64,000 nt of DNA from Vulcanimicrobiota bacterium (lineage in GTDB: Bacteria; Vulcanimicrobiota; Xenobia; Xenobiales; JADMJV01), in the NCBI GenBank assembly GCA_050250895.1, contig JBFWNU010000010.1:133696-197695 (forward strand), read 5' to 3'. Shown here one piece after another: positions 37,981 through 47,524 of the stretch. The position numbers and the translations under genes were made by a program. Numbering within the stretch: the stretch's first letter is position 1; each line of letters begins with the position of its first letter. The notes under the pieces are model-generated. The model saw only the letters and a program-made list of their open reading frames with translations, was not told where the DNA came from and ran no database searches.

Positions 37981-38637
37981 GTGAATCCGTTTCAAGATCG
38001 GAGCACCGCAATGCTGGAAGTTCGCCGGGCGCGACGCCGTGAATGTCGCAAGAATATTGCTTGTGAGCTGTCGGGCAAAGTCTTCGTGGCCTGCCTGCGA
38101 GACATTTCCTGGCTAGGAGCCCGCCTTTCAGGTCAGGACCTTCCCGAGGTGGGCACCTTGCTGCGCCTGGCCCCCGTGGTCGAAAGCCTGACCCGTAGCT
38201 GGGTCTTTGCTCAGGTGTGCTGGGTGCGGCGCGGCGACACCGACGAGGCCGGCCTGCGCTTTCTCGAGCCCCCCTTCCGGCTGGCCCACTCCTGGGTGGC
38301 CCAGCTGGCTCCGTCGGATGACCCCGCCGAGCGTCGTAAAGCCATTCGCGTGCCCACCGAGATTCATGTCGAGGTCAAGGTCGACGGTCTGCGCTCGCCG
38401 CTCGAGGCTACCAGCCTGGATCTCAGCCGGGACGGCGCCCGTCTGCGCATGCCTCGGGTGTTGCAAAGGGGCAGCACCGCCGAACTCTATCTGTGTCTAC
38501 CGTGGTGCTTGTTGGAGGTTCCCGCCCAGGTGGTTCGCCAGTCTGGCCACGACCGCCTCAGCCACTCGCTCAAGTTCGGTCGACTCTCGCCCTACGACCA
38601 GGACGCTCTGGCCGGATTTCTCCAGGAGAGTCTCTAG
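37981..38637 (+). CDS. Tandem PilZ domain protein
   Basis: RRARRR...DISWLGA and ERRKAIR...DLSRDGA. Confidence 0.85.
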   Translation: MNPFQDRSTAMLEVRRARRRECRKNIACELSGKVFVACLRDISWLGARLSGQDLPEVGTLLRLAPVVESLTRSWVFAQVCWVRRGDTDEAGLRFLEPPFRLAHSWVAQLAPSDDPAERRKAIRVPTEIHVEVKVDGLRSPLEATSLDLSRDGARLRMPRVLQRGSTAELYLCLPWCLLEVPAQVVRQSGHDRLSHSLKFGRLSPYDQDALAGFLQESL

Positions 38638-39830
38638 CTCTTCAGCATTTTGCGGGCCTCTTGTCGCACCTCTTCGGCCAGGCTGGCCGGGGTCAGGACC
38701 CGGGCGTGGCTGCCGTAGCTGAGGACCCACTGCAACAGCTCGGCCGTGCTTCCGACCTTCATTTCTAACACCAAAGAGCCGTCGGGCCCGGGCTCGAGCC
38801 GCTGGGTCGAGTGCCAACGCTTCTCGGCTACCCAGCGTGCGCGTTCGGCCGAAAACCAGATCTTGACCGTGACCGCCTTCTGCTGCGAGAGGATGCCCAG
38901 CGCGTTCTGAAAATACTCCTCGGCCGAAAAGTTGGGGTGGGCGGCTACGCTCCCTCGCTCTTTTCTCAGCGCATGCACCCGGCTGACCGCAAAGGTGCGA
39001 AAGTCGCGGCGCAGGCGGCAGTAGGCCACCAGATACCAGTCGCCCAGGTGATAGCGGAGATGGAGCGGCTCGACGATGCGCTCGCTCATTTCGTCACGGT
39101 GGGCCGCGTAATAGCGAATCCAGAGGGGCCGCTTTTTGAGGGCCGCCTGAATGGCCTGAAAGTGAGCCGCGTCCAGGCGCCGGTCGGGCCCACCGGGAAA
39201 GTCGAGGTGGCTGGCCAGTTCGGCCAGCGAGACCTTGACCGCGTCGGGCAGGCTGGCGGCGAGCTTCGAGATGGCCGATTCGAGGTGGACGGCGAACGAG
39301 GCCGACAGGGCGTCGCGCATGACCGTTCCCGACAGGTAGGTGGCCAGGAGTTCGCCCTCGGTCATCATGATCTCGGGTAAGAACCAGGTCTCGTCAGAGT
39401 AGTAGTAGCCTCGGCGCGGGTCGTTTTCGAGCGGCGCCCCCAGCCGGTCGCGCAGAAAGTCGAGGTCGCGCGAGATGGTGCGGACGCTGACTTCGCAGCG
39501 CGCAGCCAGGTCCTCGCGACTGGGATAGGTGTGGTCGCGAATGACAGGATGGATCATCAGGATGCGCTCGAGACGGGCAGCGTTCTCTATCGGCTTGGGC
39601 ATATCGGTTTCTCCCGGCAGACTCAATCGGTAGCCACGGTCGCTGTAGCGGTAACCGCCGCTATCGGCCTCATAGACCAGAGGGGCCTTCAGGTTCTTCC
39701 TCAGCCAGCTTATGTCCCGCATGACGGTACGGTAGGATACTCCCAGCTGGTCGGCCAATCGACTCGTGCTCGGAGCCACCGGCCCTCGCAAGGCCTCATC
39801 GATAGCCAGGATACGCTCGATTCGATTCAT
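38634..39830 (-). CDS. WYL-domain transcriptional regulator with two N-terminal HTH domains
   Basis: LGVSYRTVMRDI and CEVSVRTISRDL; WYLVAYC...FRTFAVSR; WCX-like C-terminus. Confidence 0.9.
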   Translation of the reverse strand: MNRIERILAIDEALRGPVAPSTSRLADQLGVSYRTVMRDISWLRKNLKAPLVYEADSGGYRYSDRGYRLSLPGETDMPKPIENAARLERILMIHPVIRDHTYPSREDLAARCEVSVRTISRDLDFLRDRLGAPLENDPRRGYYYSDETWFLPEIMMTEGELLATYLSGTVMRDALSASFAVHLESAISKLAASLPDAVKVSLAELASHLDFPGGPDRRLDAAHFQAIQAALKKRPLWIRYYAAHRDEMSERIVEPLHLRYHLGDWYLVAYCRLRRDFRTFAVSRVHALRKERGSVAAHPNFSAEEYFQNALGILSQQKAVTVKIWFSAERARWVAEKRWHSTQRLEPGPDGSLVLEMKVGSTAELLQWVLSYGSHARVLTPASLAEEVRQEARKMLKS

Positions 39831-39865
39831 ACCCCCAGCCTAGCGGCCGGGGCTGCCACAACCTG

Positions 39866-40996
39866 TCAGGGCCCGGCCTCAGCCGGCAGGCAGACGGTGA
39901 AGGTGGTGCCTTCGCCCAGGCGGGTGTTGACCTCGATTTTGCCGCCGTGACCTTCCACGATGCGTTTGACGATGGCCAGCCCCAGGCCCGTGCTTCTCTC
40001 GCCCGCGGTGGCCTGAACGCTGGTCTTCGCAAAGGGCTCGAAGAGTCGATCGATTTCGTCGGCCGGAATACCCGGGCCCTGATCGGCCACCTCGACCAGC
40101 AACTGGTCGGCCTGCGAGCGCATGCGGGCCGTAACGGTGGTATGCCTTTGCGAGAATTTGACTGCGTTGGAAAGCAAGTTCTCGAACACCTGCTGAATCT
40201 TGCCGGGGTCGACCTGAATACTCTCTGGGACCGGTTCGACGATCTGATCGATCAGTTCGATCTGCTTGGCGATGGCACGATAGCAGTTGAGCTTGACGCT
40301 CTCTTGAAAGAGCGCCCGGGGGTCGACCTCACGGATGGACAGTTGTAGATGGCCCGACTCGATCTGAGAGATATCCAGTAAATCATTGAGCAGATCGAGC
40401 ATGCGCGAACCGGCGCTGTAGACCAGGTCGGCGACTTCGGTCTGCTGTTGGGTCAAGGGCCCCAGCATGCCTTTGCCTAGAATCTTGGCATAGCCGGTGA
40501 TCACCCCCAAAGGATTGCGCAGGTCGTGGGCGGCCATGCCCAGCAAGTGATTCTTCTGGTCGTTGAGTTTGACCAGCTCCTGATTGCGCCAGACGAGGTC
40601 CCGGCGCAGCTGGCATAAGGTCAGCTGGGTCTTGACTCGGGCCAACACCTCCTCAGCCTGAAAGGGCTTGCTGACATAGTCGACCCCTCCGGCCTCGAAG
40701 CCCCGCACCTTGTCCTGAGTCTCGTTGAGGGCCGACAGGAAAATGATGGCCGCCTCGGCCGTCTTGGGACTGGCTTTTAGCCGCCGGCAGGTCTCGAAAC
40801 CGTCGATACCCGGCATCAAAACATCGAGCAAGACTACGCTCGGGCCAGTTCGCTCGGCCACTTCGAGTGCATCCAGCCCAGACTTGGCCACCACCAATTT
40901 GCACGGGAGTTGCTTGAGGGTAGAGTAGAGAACCTTCAGATTGTTCTCGTTATCGTCAACCAGCAAGACGACAGGCGTTTCTGACGACTCTGTCAT
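39866..40996 (-). CDS. REC-HisKA-HATPase hybrid kinase
   Basis: LLVDD, LLDVLMP, AHDLRNPL, SNAVKF and TGLGL. Confidence 0.92.
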   Translation of the reverse strand: MTESSETPVVLLVDDNENNLKVLYSTLKQLPCKLVVAKSGLDALEVAERTGPSVVLLDVLMPGIDGFETCRRLKASPKTAEAAIIFLSALNETQDKVRGFEAGGVDYVSKPFQAEEVLARVKTQLTLCQLRRDLVWRNQELVKLNDQKNHLLGMAAHDLRNPLGVITGYAKILGKGMLGPLTQQQTEVADLVYSAGSRMLDLLNDLLDISQIESGHLQLSIREVDPRALFQESVKLNCYRAIAKQIELIDQIVEPVPESIQVDPGKIQQVFENLLSNAVKFSQRHTTVTARMRSQADQLLVEVADQGPGIPADEIDRLFEPFAKTSVQATAGERSTGLGLAIVKRIVEGHGGKIEVNTRLGEGTTFTVCLPAEAGP

Positions 40997-41031
40997 GACC
41001 GGCGACTTCGACGATGGCTCACAGTAGCCTC

Positions 41032-43146
41032 TCACAGTAGAGCTAGCAGGCTAGTATAGTCGAAGTCGTCGAGCATCGCCGACAGGCGGGCGCCCAGTTC
41101 GACGTGTTGGGCTTCGACCTGGCTGGCCAGTTCCAGCAACCGGGCGTGGTCGCCATCGCGGGCTGCCTCTTGCAGTTGCTCCTTGAGTTCGGGTGATAGG
41201 CTGCCGAGTTGGGGTTCATCGACTCGGGCCTCGCCCGCCTCGGCGTAGCGATAGTCCAGGCCCAGAGCCTGCCCCAGCAGCTCGAGCAGTTGGCCCGCCA
41301 CCACCGGCTTGTAAAGAGTGGCGTCGAGAACGTCAGGCTCGAGTTCGCGGCCGCCAAAAACGTCGGCCGTGATCAAGATGGTTACTAGCTCAGGGAATCG
41401 AGCTCGCAGCCGCGCGGCCGTCTGGTAACCGTCAAGCCCCCTCATCCCGTATTCGAGCAGCACTGCGGCCGGTTGCCACCCCTCGACCAGCGACAGCATC
41501 TTGGAACCGTCGTCGACGGCTCGCACCTCGAAGCCCACCGAGGTGAGCAACTCGACCAGCACGTCGCGACCGGCCTCGTCGTCGTCGGCAACCGCAATAC
41601 GAGCCGGCAGGGTGCCGGGCGCGAGCCCCAGGATTCGCCGCAGTTCAGGCCGCCGACCCGGTGCCGAGGCACGGGCTAAAGGCGCCTCCAGCACGAAAGT
41701 GGTGCCCTGGCCGGGACGGCTGGTGAAGCTCAGAGTGCCGCCGAGCAATTCGGCGTAGCGCTTGGACAGAGCCATCCCCAGGCCGGTACCCCCGCCGCTT
41801 TTGAGGCCGCTCGAGGTTTGCTCGAAGACCTGAAAGACCAGCTCGTGTTCTTCGGGAGCGATGCCTACACCGGTGTCGGCCACCGTGACCGTGAGAGTGC
41901 CGTCGCTGTAGTGGGCCTGCAGGTCGACGCGACCGACCTCGGTAAACTTGACCGCGTTACCTAAGAGATTCATCAGGATCTGTCGCAATTTGCCGGGGTC
42001 GCCCTGAACCCAGGACGGCAGGGTAGCCTCAAACTGGCGGAGGATCTTCAGACCTTTGTGGGTCGCTCGCCCCTGAAACAGTAAAGCGACATCTTCGAGC
42101 AGGGTCGGTAACTCGAAGACCTCACTCACGGTAGCCAGATGGCCGGCTTCCAGTTTGGCCATCTCGAGCACATCGTTGAGTAAGCCCAGCAGGTGGCTGC
42201 CGCTGCGACTGATGATCTCCAGGCCTTTGCGTTGTTCAGGGTCGAGTTCTTCGCCTCGTAGCAAGAGTTCTGAAAAGCCGAGAATGGCGTTGAGGGGGGT
42301 GCGGATCTCGTGGGACATGTTGGCCAGAAACGAATCCTTGGCCCGCAGGCGCGCCAGTTGGCGCTGTTGCTCCCAGGCCAGTTGCTCGCCCACCAGCAGG
42401 TGGGTCTGGCCCCCGAGACGTCGGGTCAACCCCTCGACGGTCACCTCGGTCTGCGCTTCGGGCTCGGCTAGGTGCAGGCTGGTGTAACGCCGCAAGAGCC
42501 AGATGGTGCGTTCGAAGAGGGTGGTCACATAGAACAGCGTGGGTCGGTCCTCAGGGGTAATACTGGCGTCGAGATAGGCGTTGCGCAGCCGCTCCATCAG
42601 GTCGCTACGGTCGCCGAGGATCTCGAGCGCCAGTTGCAGTTCGGCCTTGCTCGGGTCGGCGAAGGCTTCCAGACTCGACAGCAGCACGGCGTCGAGCCCC
42701 TCGACGAGATTGCGCAGCAGTTGTTCGATCTGGTGCGAGGGATTGGAAGTGCAAAGACCAGACACCATGTCGTGAAGATTGGCCTCGCAGGCCATCACCA
42801 GCGAGTGGGCCGTGATCAAAGGCAACAATCGGGCCGGGTTGCCGCCGCGTTGGATGAGGCCGGCCAGACCTTGCTGAATGCGCTCGCCCTCGTCCACTAA
42901 CGCCTCATGCAAGGCTGAGCCGGTGTCGCGACGGCGGGCCAGCTCCATGAACTCGGGAAACCGCTGTAGGATACCGTCGAGTCGCATCTGAAGGCTCTCG
43001 AGGTCGAGGGGAGATTCGCTGGCCTCGGCCTGGCTGGTGGCGCGGGCCAGACTCTCGAGCACCTGGCCCGGGCTGGCGCCGCTGGCCTGGCCCTGCCGTT
43101 CGAGCCAGCTGTAGGTGGCCGCGTCGAGGGTGATTTCTAGCTGCAT
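41032..43146 (-). CDS. Soluble hybrid histidine kinase with RHH-like and PhoU-like input region and degenerate REC
   Basis: SHEIRTPLN, GNAVKFT and GTGLG; REC VLLEYGM; ATG 43146. Confidence 0.85.
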   Translation of the reverse strand: MQLEITLDAATYSWLERQGQASGASPGQVLESLARATSQAEASESPLDLESLQMRLDGILQRFPEFMELARRRDTGSALHEALVDEGERIQQGLAGLIQRGGNPARLLPLITAHSLVMACEANLHDMVSGLCTSNPSHQIEQLLRNLVEGLDAVLLSSLEAFADPSKAELQLALEILGDRSDLMERLRNAYLDASITPEDRPTLFYVTTLFERTIWLLRRYTSLHLAEPEAQTEVTVEGLTRRLGGQTHLLVGEQLAWEQQRQLARLRAKDSFLANMSHEIRTPLNAILGFSELLLRGEELDPEQRKGLEIISRSGSHLLGLLNDVLEMAKLEAGHLATVSEVFELPTLLEDVALLFQGRATHKGLKILRQFEATLPSWVQGDPGKLRQILMNLLGNAVKFTEVGRVDLQAHYSDGTLTVTVADTGVGIAPEEHELVFQVFEQTSSGLKSGGGTGLGMALSKRYAELLGGTLSFTSRPGQGTTFVLEAPLARASAPGRRPELRRILGLAPGTLPARIAVADDDEAGRDVLVELLTSVGFEVRAVDDGSKMLSLVEGWQPAAVLLEYGMRGLDGYQTAARLRARFPELVTILITADVFGGRELEPDVLDATLYKPVVAGQLLELLGQALGLDYRYAEAGEARVDEPQLGSLSPELKEQLQEAARDGDHARLLELASQVEAQHVELGARLSAMLDDFDYTSLLALL

Positions 43147-43215
43147 GCGAGCTGCTTCGCCCCGATTTGGCCCCGGACCCCCAACGAAGGATTCCGCCGC
43201 CAGGCCCGGGAACGC

Positions 43216-44451
43216 GTGGCCATGCGCGTGATGTTGACGGTGGTCGCAGTCGTCCTCTTGACGCTGGTTGGCTGCTCTGAAAAGCCACCGATCCGCGTGG
43301 GCGTTCTTCACTCCCTGAGTGGCAACATGGCCATCAGCGAGAGTTCGGTGGCCGACGCCACCATCATGGCCATCGACGAACTCAACTCCGGAGGGGGATT
43401 GCTCGGCCGCCGCATCGAGGCAGTCAAGGTCGACGGCAAGTCGGACGGCGAGGTTTTTGCAGCCGAGGCCGAGCGGCTGATCACCGAGCAGAAGGTCGAT
43501 GTCATTTTCGGGTGTTGGACCTCGGCTTCGCGCAAGACCGTCTTGCCGGTGCTCGAGAAGCACCAGCACCTGCTCTTTTATCCCGTCCAGTATGAAGGCC
43601 TCGAGCAATCACCCTACGTGGTCTATACGGGTGCGGCTCCGAATCAGCAGCTGATTCCGGCCGTCAAGTGGTGCTCGGACCATCTGGGTAAGCGTTTTTT
43701 CCTGGTCGGCTCGGATTATGTCTACCCCCGCACCGCCAACGCCATCGCCACAGCCCAGATCACGGCTCTCGGGGGCGAGGTGGTCGGCGAACACTATCTG
43801 TTGCTTGGCTCGCAAGAGGTGAAGAGCGTGATCGACGAGGTGCTGGCCACCCATCCCGACGTCATGCTCAACACCATCAATGGCGACACCAACGTGGCCT
43901 TCTTTAAAGCCTTGCGCACGGCCGGGATCACGCCTGCAGAGATCCCGACCATGTCGTTTAGTCTGGCCGAGAACGAGCTGCGCGGCTTTGACTCGAAGAT
44001 GGTGGCGGGAGACTACGCGGCCTGGAACTACTTCCAGAGTCTCGACAACCAGCGCAACCGCGACTTCGTAGCCCGCTTCAAGGCCCGCTACGGTCCCGAT
44101 CGCGTCACCGACGACCCGATCGAGGCCGCCTATTTCGGCGTGTACCTCTGGGCCGAGGCCGTGCGCGAGGCGGGCTCATCCCAGGTCCACCGGGTGCGCC
44201 AGGCGGTCGGAGGGCAAAGCTATCCCGCCCCCGAGGGAACGGTCTATATCGACCCCACCACCCAGCACACCTGGAAGTCGGTCCGCATCGGACGCATCGT
44301 CGAAGGCGGTCAGTTCGCCATCGAGTGGAGTAGTGACAAGCCCGTGCGGCCGGTCCCTTATCCCTTCTACCGCACCCGCTCCGATTGGGACAGCTATCTG
44401 AGTTCGATGTATCAGGACTGGGGGGGACGATGGTCGAACCCGGGCAAGTAA
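43216..44451 (+). CDS. urtA: Urea/amide-binding lipoprotein (UrtA/AmiC family)
   Basis: LVG-C lipobox, VGVLHSLSGNMAISE, FGCWTSASRK and YPVQYEGLE. Confidence 0.88.
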   Translation: MAMRVMLTVVAVVLLTLVGCSEKPPIRVGVLHSLSGNMAISESSVADATIMAIDELNSGGGLLGRRIEAVKVDGKSDGEVFAAEAERLITEQKVDVIFGCWTSASRKTVLPVLEKHQHLLFYPVQYEGLEQSPYVVYTGAAPNQQLIPAVKWCSDHLGKRFFLVGSDYVYPRTANAIATAQITALGGEVVGEHYLLLGSQEVKSVIDEVLATHPDVMLNTINGDTNVAFFKALRTAGITPAEIPTMSFSLAENELRGFDSKMVAGDYAAWNYFQSLDNQRNRDFVARFKARYGPDRVTDDPIEAAYFGVYLWAEAVREAGSSQVHRVRQAVGGQSYPAPEGTVYIDPTTQHTWKSVRIGRIVEGGQFAIEWSSDKPVRPVPYPFYRTRSDWDSYLSSMYQDWGGRWSNPGK

Positions 44452-46754
44452 GAAACGGCAAGCTTTCCCACCAGCTGCTGTTCTGGTTCGTCTTGATCGC
44501 GTTGATTCCGCTGGGCATCGTCACCTTGCTGGTCTATCAGCACTCGGTGCGCACCATCGAGGAACTGGTGACCTATAACCTGAACGCCGTGGGCAAGCGT
44601 CAGGCTCTGCGCGTGCAGACCTATCTTGAAGAGCGCGAGCGGGACGTGACCAATCTGGCCCGCAATCCGGTCGTGCTGGTGGCCGCCAGCGCGGGCCCGG
44701 GTCGCGCTTTGGAAGACTTTCTCGACTACTTTCGCGAGTCGGCCGGCTACCGCGACCTGATTCTGGCCGACCGGACCGGGCGCATCCTCTATTCGTCCCA
44801 GCATCGGCTCAAAGCCGTCAGTCTCACCGCCGGCCCCCCCAGCATCGCCAGTCGCGCCTTCAATCAGTCCACCAGTCTGCTGACCACCGAGAGTTCGACC
44901 TTCGGCCCCCATCCCGACACGGGCGAGCCCACCCTCTTTCTGGCCGCCCCCTTGCTCACCGACCAGGGTCTCGAGGGGGCCGTTCTGCTCGAGATGGCGC
45001 CCGAGCCGATCTATCAGACGGTCAACGACTTCACCGGCCTGGGTGACACCGGCGAGACCATGCTGATCACCCGCGTGGAGGGACAGCTACGCTATCTCAC
45101 CCCCACCCGCCACGCTCCCGAGGCGGCTGGCCGGGCGGTTGAAGGCGATCCCCGGTCGCTGGCCTTTCTAGAAAGCGGGGTCGAGGGCGCTCGCGCCCAG
45201 GCCGCCACCAGCGACTATCGGGGCCGCCAGGTGCTGGCCGTGTTGCGCTATCTGCCCCAACTCGAAGCAGCCGTGGTTACCAAGATCGACGAGCAAGAAG
45301 CGCTCCGCCCGGTGGCCAGTCTGCGGACCCTGGCCTGGATAGCTCTGGCCGCCACCCTGGTGCTGGTGGTGCTGGCCGCCGGCACCTCTGCCCGGGCCAT
45401 CACCGAGCCCATCGACAAACTGATCGCCGGCACCGAGACGGTGGCGCGAGTGGACCTGGGTCACCGCATCGAGGTCAGAGCCGACAATGAGGTCGGTCGC
45501 CTGGCCGACGCGTTCAACGAGATGACCGGCCGCCTGCGCGAGTCCATCGAACAGCTCAAAGAAACCACCGAGACCAAGGAACGCATCGAAAGCGAGCTTC
45601 AGATCGCCCATGACATCCAGCTGTCGATCCTGCCCAAGATCTTTCCGGCCTTCATGCACAAGGCCGAGTTCGACGCTTTCGCCACCGTAGTCCCGGCTAA
45701 GGAGGTCGGGGGGGACCTCTACGATTTCTTTCTCATCGACGACGACCGGTTGCTCTTTCTCATCGGCGATGTGTCCGGCAAAGGAGTCCCTGCCGCGCTT
45801 TTCATGGCCGTCACCAAAACCCTCTTCAAAGCAACCGCCCTGGGCGGCGCCCCCCTGGGCCAGTTGATGGTCAAGGTCAATCAAGAACTTTGCCTCGACA
45901 ACGATTCGGGAATGTTCGTGACCATCTTCTGCGCCATCCTCAACTACCAGACCGGCCGACTCGAGTATGCCAACGCCGGCCACAATCCGCCCTATCTGTT
46001 GGGGCAACAGGGCCTGACCGCACTGCCCCGGGTGAGCGGGATGGGTATGGGAGTCTTCGAGGAGGCCGACTATCAGGTCGGCAGTCTGGATTTGGTCGAG
46101 GGTGACACCCTGTTTCTCTACACTGACGGCCTGACCGAGGCAGAGAACGTGGCCCAACAGTTCTATGGAGACGATCGTCTCAAGCAGTTTCTGGTGGGTC
46201 AGGTCTCGGGGTCACCGCGAACCGTTGTCAACCAGGCCCTCGAGGAAGTGCGCAATTTCAGCCAGGGGGCCGCCCAATCCGACGACATCACCATGCTGGT
46301 GGTCAGCTACTACGGCACCAAAGGGGGCGGTGGCGGAAAATCCAACGAATTGTCGGTCACGCTGCGCAGCGATCTCGAAGAACTCACTCGCCTGGCCGAG
46401 GCTATCGAAGCTTTCGGAGAGTACAACTCGATGCCATCGAAGCTGCTCTATCAGCTCAATCTTGCTCTCGAAGAGCTGGTCTCGAACGTGATCAACTACC
46501 AGTCCTGTCGTCTGATTCAGGTCGACGTGAGCTTCGAAGGCGGCAACTTGAGGGTCCGCTTACAAGACGACGGAGAAGAGTTCAATCCTTTCGAAGAAGC
46601 CCCCGTCCCTGACCTTGACCTCGACCTCGAGGAGCGTGAGATCGGAGGCCTTGGGGTCCACCTGGTCAAGACCATGTTTGCCGAACACGACTATCGGCGT
46701 CGCGGTGGGCGGAACTTCATCACGCTGATGCGCAATGACCCAAATGGGGAATAG
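44430..46754 (+). CDS. Cache-HAMP-SpoIIE phosphatase fused to an RsbW-like HATPase
   Basis: Two TM, HAMP, VGGDLYD, GDVSGKG, YTDGLTE and SDDIT; then LALEELVSN...GGLGVHL. Confidence 0.9.
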   Translation: MVEPGQVRNGKLSHQLLFWFVLIALIPLGIVTLLVYQHSVRTIEELVTYNLNAVGKRQALRVQTYLEERERDVTNLARNPVVLVAASAGPGRALEDFLDYFRESAGYRDLILADRTGRILYSSQHRLKAVSLTAGPPSIASRAFNQSTSLLTTESSTFGPHPDTGEPTLFLAAPLLTDQGLEGAVLLEMAPEPIYQTVNDFTGLGDTGETMLITRVEGQLRYLTPTRHAPEAAGRAVEGDPRSLAFLESGVEGARAQAATSDYRGRQVLAVLRYLPQLEAAVVTKIDEQEALRPVASLRTLAWIALAATLVLVVLAAGTSARAITEPIDKLIAGTETVARVDLGHRIEVRADNEVGRLADAFNEMTGRLRESIEQLKETTETKERIESELQIAHDIQLSILPKIFPAFMHKAEFDAFATVVPAKEVGGDLYDFFLIDDDRLLFLIGDVSGKGVPAALFMAVTKTLFKATALGGAPLGQLMVKVNQELCLDNDSGMFVTIFCAILNYQTGRLEYANAGHNPPYLLGQQGLTALPRVSGMGMGVFEEADYQVGSLDLVEGDTLFLYTDGLTEAENVAQQFYGDDRLKQFLVGQVSGSPRTVVNQALEEVRNFSQGAAQSDDITMLVVSYYGTKGGGGGKSNELSVTLRSDLEELTRLAEAIEAFGEYNSMPSKLLYQLNLALEELVSNVINYQSCRLIQVDVSFEGGNLRVRLQDDGEEFNPFEEAPVPDLDLDLEEREIGGLGVHLVKTMFAEHDYRRRGGRNFITLMRNDPNGE

Positions 46755-46785
46755 GAGTTTCACCGCCAGCGCCAAAGGAGCAGCC

Positions 46786-47124
46786 ATGGAAATCGTCGAG
46801 CGCACTGAGGAAGGGGTTCGATGCGTCGCTTTGAGCGGTCGCCTCGACAGCAACACCTCGCGCGAGCTTGAACAGAAGCTTCTGCCGATGGTGGATGAGG
46901 AGGGGTCCAGGCTGCTGGTCGACCTCACCGACCTCAACTATATCTCCAGCGCGGGACTGCGCGTTTTCTTGCTGGCTGCCAAACGGTCCAAGAAACAGCA
47001 GTCCAAGATCGTGCTGGCCGCGCTCAACGAGAACGTCCGAGAGGTCTTTGACATCTCGGGTTTCTCGACCTTGTTTACCATTGCTACCAGCCCCAAAGAA
47101 GGCGCGACGGCCTGTAAGGAGTGA
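46786..47124 (+). CDS. STAS anti-sigma-factor antagonist
   Basis: GRLDS, YISSAGLR and VFDISGF; AGGAG RBS. Confidence 0.92.
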   Translation: MEIVERTEEGVRCVALSGRLDSNTSRELEQKLLPMVDEEGSRLLVDLTDLNYISSAGLRVFLLAAKRSKKQQSKIVLAALNENVREVFDISGFSTLFTIATSPKEGATACKE

Positions 47125-47125
47125 C

Positions 47126-47518
47126 GTGAGTTCTGAAGTTTATCGCAATGAAGAGGTTCTGCAAAAGATTCTGAGGGCTTTAGCCTGGTCGGACGGCGAG
47201 CTCGATACCACCGAAGAGAAAGCCCTCGACGCTTGCTATGAGAAGCTGAAGCTGAAATACAACGTGGACGACTCTGAACTCGATGAAGAAACTCTGGCCG
47301 CGCTGCCCGCAGCTCTGCCCGCTCTGGCGGCTCGGCGTGCCTTTATCGCCGATTTGATGGAAGTTGCTTTCGCTGATCACATCTTGACCCACGATGAATT
47401 CACCGTGGTTCAGCGCGTGGCCGAACGCCTCGAGATCCCCGCGCAGGAACTCGAGGAACTTCGAGCGGCCACCCTCAAAGGGGTCGACCCCGACGCCTGG
47501 GCCCGCCTCTACTCGTAA
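47126..47518 (+). CDS. TerB-like protein
   Basis: LAWSDGELDTTE and VAFADHILTHDE; GTG at 47126. Confidence 0.75.
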   Translation: MSSEVYRNEEVLQKILRALAWSDGELDTTEEKALDACYEKLKLKYNVDDSELDEETLAALPAALPALAARRAFIADLMEVAFADHILTHDEFTVVQRVAERLEIPAQELEELRAATLKGVDPDAWARLYS

Positions 47519-47524
47519 CGCTGC

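Noticed and set aside
41032-43608. Track-length N-terminal extensions (858-aa kinase, 546-aa PreT, 571-aa RadA, 587-aa AAA, 597-aa Hsp70, 700-aa TGase)
   Set aside because: The extensions overlap neighbouring genes; downstream starts fit family N-termini and coupling.
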